Shown piece after piece: positions 57,295-64,000 of a DNA stretch of 64,000 nt. How positions within the stretch are numbered: position 1 is the stretch's first letter; each line of letters begins with the position of its first letter. Under the pieces are notes generated by a model. That model worked only from the letters and a program-made list of their open reading frames with translations, did not search any database and had not been told where the DNA came from. The stretch comes from Candidatus Geohabitans tengchongensis. Its GTDB lineage: Bacteria; Sysuimicrobiota; Sysuimicrobiia; Sysuimicrobiales; Humicultoraceae. A program made the translations under genes and the position numbers. The DNA is taken from NCBI GenBank assembly GCA_031459625.1, contig JAVKIH010000002.1, positions 137,272 through 201,271 on the forward strand. The letters run 5' to 3'.

Positions 57295-57917
57295 AGCACG
57301 CCCTTCGTCGAGGGGATGGCCTCGCCGCGCACCCGGGTAGCCCGTCCCAGGACGATCCCCGTCCCCTTGAAGGCCGCCTCCAGCACGTGGTGCGCGTTCT
57401 CGCCGTGCCACTGCACCAGGTGGAGCGTGACCGCGGCGTGCGTGGTGAAGGCACGGAAGAACTCCCGCGCGAGGTCGGTGGGGAACGTGCCGAGGAGCTG
57501 CGGCGGCACGGTCAGCCCGTAGTGCAGGTAGGGGCGGCCGCCCACGTCGACGGCGGCCAGCACGAGCGCGTCGTCCATGGGCACGTGCTGCGAGGCGAAG
57601 CGCACGATCCCCTGCCCGCTGCCGACGGCCTCGCGCAGGGCCTGGCCCAGCACGATCCCCGTGTCCTCGACGGTGTGGTGGGGGTCGACCGCCAGGTCGC
57701 CCCGCGCGTGGACCTCCAGGTCGAAGCCGCTGTGCCGGGCCAGGGCGGTGAGCATGTGGTCGAGGAAGGGCACCCCGGTCGCCACCACGCTCTCGCCGGC
57801 ACCGTCCAGGGTGAGCGCCACGGTCACCGCCGTCTCGGCGGTGCGGCGCTCCACGCGCGCCAACCGCAGGGCGCGCTCCCCGCCGCCCGCTGCCGACGCG
57901 CGCGCCCCCGGCGGCAT
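57291..57917 (-). CDS. hisB: Imidazoleglycerol-phosphate dehydratase
   Basis: FLDHML, DPHHTVED, NAHH..EA.FK, PSTKG. Confidence 0.95.
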   Translation of the reverse strand: MPPGARASAAGGGERALRLARVERRTAETAVTVALTLDGAGESVVATGVPFLDHMLTALARHSGFDLEVHARGDLAVDPHHTVEDTGIVLGQALREAVGSGQGIVRFASQHVPMDDALVLAAVDVGGRPYLHYGLTVPPQLLGTFPTDLAREFFRAFTTHAAVTLHLVQWHGENAHHVLEAAFKGTGIVLGRATRVRGEAIPSTKGVL

Positions 57918-59065
57918 CAGGCGCCCTCCCCCAGCACGCGCCGCAGGGCGGCGACGAACCGGTCGTCCTCCCCCGGCTGCCCCACGCTCACCCGCAGGCA
58001 GCCGGCCAGCGCCGGCCAGGCGGAGACGTCGCGCACCAGCACCCCGTGCGCCAGGAGGCGCGCCGCCACCTCGGGCGCGGGCAGCGGCGTGCGAAAGAGG
58101 AGGAAGTTGGCGTCGGAGGGGAAGACGGTGACACCCGGCACCTCTCGGAGCGCACCGGCCAGCCGCTCCCGCTCCGCCACCACCGTCCGCACCCGCTCGG
58201 CCACGAGGTCGGGGCGTTCCGCCGCGGCCCGGGCCGCCTCCAGCGAGAAGACGTTCAGCGTGTAGGGTGGCAACGCCCGGCGCACCGCGCCGATGACCTC
58301 CGGGTCGGCGACGATCCAGCCGATCCGTGCGCCGGCGAGCGCCAACGCCTTCGACGCGGTACGCAGCAGGGCGACGTGCGGGTACCGGTCTAGCAGCGGC
58401 CGGTGCGTGCGCCCGGCGAAGGCGGCATAAGCCTCGTCGACCACCACGAGCCCGGGGGCGCCGCGCACGACCGCCTCCACGGCCTCGGGGGAGAAGGCGT
58501 TCCCGGTAGGGTTGTTGGGCGAGGTGAGGAAGACCACGGGCGCGGTCTCGCCCGAACCCGCCCCATCCGCTGCCGGTTCGCCCGCTGCCGTCTGGCGCGC
58601 GGTTGCGTGGCGCGCGGCCGCCAGCACCGCCCCGGGGTCGAGCGCGAAGTTAGGGCGCAGCGGCACCTCGACCAGACGCGCGCCGGCGCTCGCCGCCAGC
58701 GCCCGGACCATCGAGTACCCGGGCACCGGGAAGACCACGGCACCGCCGGCGGCGAAGGCCAGCAGCACTCCCAGGATGGCCTCGTTGGAGCCGTTCGTCG
58801 CCAGCATCATCTCCGGGTCGACGCCCTCCAGGCGGGCCAGCGCCGCGCGCACCTCCGCCGCGTCGGCCTCCGGGTAGCGGTGCCACGCCCGGGCGGCCAC
58901 GCGCTCCAGGACGACGCGCTTGAGGTCGGCCGGCCAGTCGGCCGGGCTCTCGTTCCGGTTGAGCCGCACCGGCGCGTGCTGCGCGACCCGGTACAGGGGC
59001 AGCGCGGCCACTTCCGGGCGGGGCCGGGCGCGCTGCGGGATCGGGCGGACGCCGGGGCGCGGCAT
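57917..59065 (-). CDS. hisC: Histidinol-phosphate aminotransferase
   Basis: NESP, RYP, NGSNE, SPNNPTG, DEAY, RTASK, RVSVG. Confidence 0.9.
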   Translation of the reverse strand: MPRPGVRPIPQRARPRPEVAALPLYRVAQHAPVRLNRNESPADWPADLKRVVLERVAARAWHRYPEADAAEVRAALARLEGVDPEMMLATNGSNEAILGVLLAFAAGGAVVFPVPGYSMVRALAASAGARLVEVPLRPNFALDPGAVLAAARHATARQTAAGEPAADGAGSGETAPVVFLTSPNNPTGNAFSPEAVEAVVRGAPGLVVVDEAYAAFAGRTHRPLLDRYPHVALLRTASKALALAGARIGWIVADPEVIGAVRRALPPYTLNVFSLEAARAAAERPDLVAERVRTVVAERERLAGALREVPGVTVFPSDANFLLFRTPLPAPEVAARLLAHGVLVRDVSAWPALAGCLRVSVGQPGEDDRFVAALRRVLGEGA

Positions 59066-59090
59066 CACGCGGGGCTCACGAACGGCCGAT

Positions 59091-59720
59091 TCATGTGGCC
59101 TGCACCGCAGGCGCCACCGCCTCGAGCAGCGCCCGCACGCCCGGCGCCTTGAGCCGCAGGCTCACCCGGTTTACCACCAACCGGGCGGTGGAGCGGAAGA
59201 CCTCGGCCACCTCGACCAGGCGGTTCGCCCGCAGCGTGCGACCGGTCATCACCAGGTCGACGATGGCGTCCGCCAGGCCCACCTGCGGGGCCAGCTCCAG
59301 CGCCCCGTGCAGGACGATGACCTCCACCGGACGGCGGGCCTGCTCGAAGAACCGCGCCGTCACGCGCGGGTAGCGGGTGGCCACGCGCAGCGGGGCCGAG
59401 CCGGCGAGCAGCGCCTCCCGGCCGGCCGGCACCGCCACCACAGCCCGGCAGGCGCCGAACCCCAGGTCGGCCAGCTCGTAGACGTCGGCCTCCTGCTCGA
59501 GGAGCAGGTCCTGGCCGACGATGCCCGCGTCGGCCGCGCCGTGCTCCACGTACGTGAGGATGTCGAGCGGCTTGGCCACGAGGATGCGCCCGCCCTCCGG
59601 CCCCGGCAGGACGAGGGCGCGCTCGGGCGGCGGGGCGTCGAGCAGCCGGAGCCGCTGCAGCAGCGCCACGGCCTCGGGGAAGAGGCGGCCGGTGGGGACG
59701 GCCAGCGTCAGTGGCTCCAC
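59091..59720 (-). CDS. hisG: ATP phosphoribosyltransferase, short form
   Basis: AVPTGRL, DI.TYV..G.AD.GI.G.D, RVATRYP, GALELAP..GLADAIVD.V.TG.TL..N. Confidence 0.93.
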   Translation of the reverse strand: MEPLTLAVPTGRLFPEAVALLQRLRLLDAPPPERALVLPGPEGGRILVAKPLDILTYVEHGAADAGIVGQDLLLEQEADVYELADLGFGACRAVVAVPAGREALLAGSAPLRVATRYPRVTARFFEQARRPVEVIVLHGALELAPQVGLADAIVDLVMTGRTLRANRLVEVAEVFRSTARLVVNRVSLRLKAPGVRALLEAVAPAVQAT

Positions 59721-61015
59721 GCTCCCACCTCCGGACCCCCGGCCACCTGGTGGGCGTCCGCGGCGGCCACCACGTCGGCGGCCCCTGCCACCGGCACGCG
59801 CCGCTCGACGGTGGGACCGTCGCCGCGGAGCCGGCGCACGCGAGCACCGTCGCCGTCCACCCACATCACCCAGCGCGCGCCTTCGCGCCCGGCCCGGTCC
59901 AGGGTCTTCTCCCAGGAGCGGCCCGGCTCGGCGATGACGGCGGCCCCGGCCTCGCGCAGGCCGCGGGCCAGGCGCAACGCGGAGGCGCGCGCCGTCGGTT
60001 CCGCCCAGGCGATGAGGACGTCCAGCTCCTCCTCGCCGTCCGCGACGAGGGCCACCACGCGGTCGACGCCCAGGGCGAACCCCGTCGCCGGGGCAGGGGT
60101 CCCGAAGGCGGCCAGGAGGCCATCGTACCGCCCGCCGCCGAGCAGCGGGTAGCCCGAGCCGGCCCCGTAGCCCTCGAAGACGACGCCGGTGTAGTAGCTG
60201 AAGTCCCGGATGATGCTGAGGTCGACCGCCGCCGCCTCGCCCACACCGTGCTCCTCCAGCCGGCCCAGCAGCGCCTCGAGCCCCGCGAGCGCGGCCTCCC
60301 CGCGTTCCGTGCGCACCACCGCCCGCGCCGCCGCCAGGGCGTCACCCCCCTGCAGCAGCGGCAGCTCGCGAAGGAACGCGCCGAGGTGCCGGTCGGGGAC
60401 CGTCGTCTCGATGCCGGCGAACTGCTTGCGGTAGAGACGGGCCACGAGCGCGTCCCGCGTCTCCGGGGGCAGCGCGCCCAGGGCGTCGTCCAGGAAGCCG
60501 ATGTGGCCCACCGTCACGACCGGCCGGGCGATGCCGGCGCGCCGCAGCGCCTCCACGGCCAGCGCGATCACCTCGGCGTCCGCGTCTACGCCGTCCTCGC
60601 CCAGGCGCTCGACCCCGGCCTGCGTGAACTCCCGCAGCCGCCCCCGCCCCTCCTCCTGCTCCCGGTAGACCGGCGCCACGTAGGCCAGGCGCAGCGGCCC
60701 GGCGGCATCCGGCAGGAGACGGGTGGCGGCCAGCCGGGCGATGGAGACGGTCAGGTCGGGGCGCAGGGCCAGCAGCTCCCCCCGCCGGCCGACCACCTTG
60801 AAGAGGCGGTCCTGGATCCCGGGCCCGCCGCCGTGGACGAGCGTCTCCAGGTACTCCAGCGCGGGGGTGAGGACCTCGCGGTAGCCCCAGGCGCGGAAGG
60901 TGCCCCGCAGGCGGCCGACCACCCGCAGGTGGCGGGCCGCCTCGGCGGGGGCCAGGTCGCGCAGGCCGCGGGGCAGCGCGGCCCAGCGCTGGCGGGGGCC
61001 GGTGCGCAGGCGCAG
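59708..61015 (-). CDS. hisZ: ATP phosphoribosyltransferase regulatory subunit; probable CTG start
   Basis: LPRGLRD motif upstream of the first GTG, LRPDLT, REFTQAGVE, YYTG, GGGRYD; AAGGAG RBS 10 nt before CTG 61015. Confidence 0.88.
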   Translation of the reverse strand: MRLRTGPRQRWAALPRGLRDLAPAEAARHLRVVGRLRGTFRAWGYREVLTPALEYLETLVHGGGPGIQDRLFKVVGRRGELLALRPDLTVSIARLAATRLLPDAAGPLRLAYVAPVYREQEEGRGRLREFTQAGVERLGEDGVDADAEVIALAVEALRRAGIARPVVTVGHIGFLDDALGALPPETRDALVARLYRKQFAGIETTVPDRHLGAFLRELPLLQGGDALAAARAVVRTERGEAALAGLEALLGRLEEHGVGEAAAVDLSIIRDFSYYTGVVFEGYGAGSGYPLLGGGRYDGLLAAFGTPAPATGFALGVDRVVALVADGEEELDVLIAWAEPTARASALRLARGLREAGAAVIAEPGRSWEKTLDRAGREGARWVMWVDGDGARVRRLRGDGPTVERRVPVAGAADVVAAADAHQVAGGPEVGAWSH

Positions 61016-61026
61016 CGAGACTTCAC

Positions 61027-61093
61027 TCCTTTAGCAAGTTAAATTGCTACCGAAGCAAACTGCCGTTGAGGATACCCCGGCGGTGGCCGGCAC
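61027..61093 (-). promoter_or_regulatory. his promoter region (TTGACG-N18-TATCCT) with HisR/YerC-type operator TTTA-N6-TAAA overlapping the RBS
   Basis: tccTTTAgcaagtTAAAttg at 61027-61046; also TAGCAA-N6-TTGCTA; -35 at 61093-61098, -10 at 61069-61074. Confidence 0.65.
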
Positions 61094-61136
61094 GTCAACC
61101 CGGTGGGGCGGCAGGGCGGCCGCGGCGCGAGGTCGG

Positions 61137-61970
61137 CTAACCGACGCGCTCGGTCGTCGGGCGCAGCTCCCGGAGGGTGGGCGGGCGGAAGTAGGCCCAC
61201 CCCACGAGCCCGAGGTAGCCCCCGTAGGCCACGACCTCCACCAGCGAGGGGTCGCCGTTGTAGCCGAAGAGCGCGGCCAGGAAACTCCCCAAGAGGGACC
61301 GTTCGTCCAGCACGGCGTTCGTGTTCCAGACGGGCTCCACGAGCGCCGGTACCAGGCCGGCCTCGTGGAACTCGTGAAGGCCGTGGGCGAGCAACCCGGC
61401 CGCGAAGAGGAGCAGCAGGATGCTGGTGACGTTGAAGAACGCCCGCAGGTTCAGCCGGTAGGTGCCGCGGTAGAGCAGGTAGCCCAGCACCGCCGCGGCC
61501 GCGAGGCCGAGCCCTCCGCCCAGCAGCGCCGCGGAGGCCGAGGCGGTCGTGATCGCCGCGATCATGAAGAGGACGGTCTCGAGCCCTTCCCGCCCCACCG
61601 CGACGAAGGCCAGCAGGCCCAGCGCCCACAGGGAGCCGGATTCCAGCGCCGTCTGCACCTGGGCCTGCAGGTGCGCCCGGATGCCGATGGCCTGACGCCG
61701 CATCCAGAAGATCATGTAGGCGAGGACGCCCGCGGCCGCCACCATGGTAGCGCCCTCGAAGATCTCCTCGGCGTGCCCCTCCAGGCCCCCAGCCGTGAGG
61801 AAGATCGCTACGCCGGCGGCCACGCTGAGCACGATGCTCGACACGGTCCCCAGCCAGACGGCGCCCGCCTTGTCCCGGTGTCCGGTCCTGGCCAGGTAGG
61901 CCAGGATGATGCCGAGGATCAGCGCCGCTTCCAGACCCTCCCGCAGGGTGATCAGCAGAGACGAAGCCAT
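61137..61970 (-). CDS. FTR1/EfeU iron permease
   Basis: Two REGLE motifs, multiple TM helices; AGGAG RBS. Confidence 0.92.
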   Translation of the reverse strand: MASSLLITLREGLEAALILGIILAYLARTGHRDKAGAVWLGTVSSIVLSVAAGVAIFLTAGGLEGHAEEIFEGATMVAAAGVLAYMIFWMRRQAIGIRAHLQAQVQTALESGSLWALGLLAFVAVGREGLETVLFMIAAITTASASAALLGGGLGLAAAAVLGYLLYRGTYRLNLRAFFNVTSILLLLFAAGLLAHGLHEFHEAGLVPALVEPVWNTNAVLDERSLLGSFLAALFGYNGDPSLVEVVAYGGYLGLVGWAYFRPPTLRELRPTTERVG

Positions 61971-62055
61971 CGCTGCTCCTCTCCTGGGCCCGCGCGCGGG
62001 CTCGTGGGCCGGCGCGCGGGCTCGACGTGCCGGGGCCCGGGTGTCACGCCGCGGG

Positions 62056-62111
62056 TAGGCTACCTCGGTGCGTGCGGCGACAACAAGGGGATTGCCGAAC
62101 AATCGTTGTTA
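62056..62111 (-). promoter_or_regulatory. Second copy of the iron-uptake promoter/operator (TTGTTG-N18-TAGCCT; GCCGAACAATCGTTGTTA)
   Basis: 18/18 identity with 10943-10960 and same spacing. Confidence 0.7.
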
Positions 62112-62191
62112 CCAGCCAACAGGAGATGCGTCGGCCTGCGTGCGGGTCTCCGCTCTCCAGGGTGGTGCAGGAACCAGGCCAGCGGGGCGCC

Positions 62192-62530
62192 TCAACCGCG
62201 GCCCCCCCGCCCCGGGCGCACACCCAGACGGGTGAGCACCAGGCGGTAGCCGTCGGCGCCGTACTCCAGGAAGCGGCGCACACGGCTGATGGTGGCGCTG
62301 CTGGCCCCCGTGCGCGCCGCCACCTCCTGGTAGGTCCGTCCCTCGAAGAGGAGGCGGGCGATCTCCAGGCGCTGCGCCATCGCCTTGAACTCGCCGATGG
62401 TGGCGACGTCCTCGAAGAACCGGTAGCACTCCTCCACGGAGGTGAGGGTGAGCACCGCCTGGCAGAACCGGTCGGCCAGCGGGTCCTTCAGGCGCGGGTT
62501 GATGGGACGCCGGGGGCGTGGCACGGCCAT
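62192..62530 (-). CDS. YerC/YecD TrpR-related repressor (probable HisR)
   Basis: EECYRFFED..T..E..AM.QRL.IA, TY..V...TGASSATISRV.R.L.YG.DGY. Confidence 0.92.
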   Translation of the reverse strand: MAVPRPRRPINPRLKDPLADRFCQAVLTLTSVEECYRFFEDVATIGEFKAMAQRLEIARLLFEGRTYQEVAARTGASSATISRVRRFLEYGADGYRLVLTRLGVRPGRGGRG

Positions 62531-62648
62531 GGCTGCTGCCTGCTTCCCCGGCCTCGGCGCATCCTCCTGCGCCCGCTGAGGCCTGGACCCCCGGCATCAC
62601 GCGGCCCATGGTGCCCGCGGATGAGCAGGCCCTTCGGCGTGCGTCCCC

Positions 62649-63218
62649 TCAGTCCTCGAAGAGGGGCTTCAGCTCCAGCTCAAAGCCCGGGAGCTCCGGA
62701 TCCAGTGGAACACGCGCGGGCTCGCGACTGACCTCAGGCGCGCGGCCCGGGCGGTGAACCTCCACCGTTCGCGTGTAGGGGTCCACCAGCACGGCCACCC
62801 GCGCGCCGTTCCTCAGGTAGGCCTGCAGCTTCTCACGCACCTCTTCGGCGTCCTGCCCCCGTGAGCGGAGTTCAAAGACCGCGTCCGGGCACAGGGGCAC
62901 GAACCCCTCCCGTTCCTGCCGGGTCAGGACCTCCCACCGCTCTCGGGACACCCAGGATGCGTCGGGAGAGAACAGCGCCCCGTCGGGAAGCCGAAATCCC
63001 GTGGAGGAGTCGAAGACGACACCGGTCCGGGTCCGCTCATTCCACCCCTGGAGCTGGTAGCCCAAGTTCACGCTGCGCCGCCCATGCTCTCCTCCCGGAG
63101 GGCTCACCACCAGCCTCCCGTCCGCGGTGCGCTCAAACTGATACCCCGGGTTCCGCTCCGAGAGCCGCAACAGCTCCTCGTCCGTTACCGCCCGCAGCAG
63201 GTCGATCCGAACCACCAC
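62649..63218 (-). CDS. Uma2 family endonuclease
   Basis: FDSSTGFRLPDG...SPDASWV, CPD..FELRS, K...YL.NG; GGAGG RBS. Confidence 0.9.
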   Translation of the reverse strand: MVVRIDLLRAVTDEELLRLSERNPGYQFERTADGRLVVSPPGGEHGRRSVNLGYQLQGWNERTRTGVVFDSSTGFRLPDGALFSPDASWVSRERWEVLTRQEREGFVPLCPDAVFELRSRGQDAEEVREKLQAYLRNGARVAVLVDPYTRTVEVHRPGRAPEVSREPARVPLDPELPGFELELKPLFED

Positions 63219-63315
63219 GGAAGACCTCCTCCCGGGCTCCGGAGAGCTCCGGAGAGATTGTAGCGTGCCGGCGAGACGATCCGGCCGCGACGGCGCCCTT
63301 CCTCCGGAACCCGGA

Positions 63316-64000
63316 TCAGTCGGGGATGTAGACCTCGTTGGCGCCGCTGAACGACCCGCCCGGGCGCGGCCCGCCGCTGAGGGCGTAGACGCGCCCCTCC
63401 AGCGCCACCGCGGCCAGCCCGTGGCGCGGCGTGGGCATGGGCGCGCGGGGGGTCCAGCTCCCCGTGCGCGTGTCGAACTCCTCGTTCTCGGGGTAGGTGG
63501 TGGGCCGGCCCAGTTCCCCGCCCATGACGAAGACGCGGGGACCCACCGCAGCCGCACCGTACCCGCTGCGCGGCGTCGGCATCGGTGCCGCCATGCGCCA
63601 GGTGTCGGCGGCCGGGTCGTAGACCTCGGTGACCGGCAGGTTCCGCCCACTCCGCCGTCCGCCGAAGGCATAGACCCTCCCATCCACCGCCACGGCCCCC
63701 AGGTGGTCGCGCGCCACGGCCATGGGGGCGAGCGCTCGCCACCGGTCCTGGTCCGGATCGTACAGCTCGACGGCCGTCACGTCGCCTCCCGGCCCCACGC
63801 CGCCCACGGCGATGATGCGCCCGTCCACGACCGCTGCGGCGAGCGCCCCGCGCGGGGTCGGCAGCGGCGCGCGCTGCCGCCAGCGGTCCTGTGCGGGGTC
63901 GTACTCGAAGACGGCGGCGAGCGGTGTCCAGCGCGCGTCGAACCCGCCGATGACGTAGAGCCGGCCGCCGACGGCGGCCGCGGCGGCGTGGTGCACGGCG
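63316..64000 (-). CDS. Kelch repeat beta-propeller protein (3' part; start outside window)
   Basis: Repeated G.IY..GG...E.YDP..D.W...APMP..R units. Confidence 0.9.
   Translation of the reverse strand, partial: AVHHAAAAAVGGRLYVIGGFDARWTPLAAVFEYDPAQDRWRQRAPLPTPRGALAAAVVDGRIIAVGGVGPGGDVTAVELYDPDQDRWRALAPMAVARDHLGAVAVDGRVYAFGGRRSGRNLPVTEVYDPAADTWRMAAPMPTPRSGYGAAAVGPRVFVMGGELGRPTTYPENEEFDTRTGSWTPRAPMPTPRHGLAAVALEGRVYALSGGPRPGGSFSGANEVYIPD

Noticed and set aside
62649..63218. Uma2 nuclease as a defence system
   Set aside because: Solitary member of a commonly expanded family, with no methylase or partner genes.

Overview
Very GC-rich bacterial chromosomal window. The lineage cannot be determined from sequence alone; the gene style is reminiscent of thermophilic Armatimonadota/CSP1-3-like or other Terrabacteria, which is a weak inference. 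Contents from left to right: (1) A tightly coupled minus-strand sulfur-amino-acid operon: lipB, cystathionine gamma-lyase/synthase, a ubiquitin-like CysO/MoaD carrier fused in-frame to cystathionine beta-synthase, an SbnI/SerK-like serine kinase, cysM, a mec JAMM peptidase and Rrf2. A SigH/SigR-like ECF sigma factor follows. (2) A frameshifted VapC remnant, an Fe(III) ABC transporter divergent from a Fur/PerR regulator, a class V PLP enzyme and TrpB2. (3) A ~23 kb co-directional catabolic island with a GntR module (N-heterocycle-type amidohydrolases, orphan DpsA-like protein) and an IclR module (sugar ABC, E1alpha/E1beta plus a stand-alone lipoyl domain, enolase, opine dehydrogenase). (4) Housekeeping genes: ABC-class ATPase, M20, two S41 proteases, CcdA, DUF62, tandem Fpg/Nei, O-methyltransferase, Csp, YggT, MFS, FAD/Fe-S oxidoreductase, DUF72. 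(5) A his operon without hisD, with a probable CTG-initiated hisZ and a HisR(YerC)-type operator, then FTR1, YerC, Uma2 and a Kelch protein. Best candidates for new biology: the phosphoserine-based cysteine operon with the CysO::CBS fusion, and an 18-bp operator plus promoter duplicated at two iron-uptake loci 51 kb apart. No rRNA, tRNA, CRISPR array or intact mobile element was seen.
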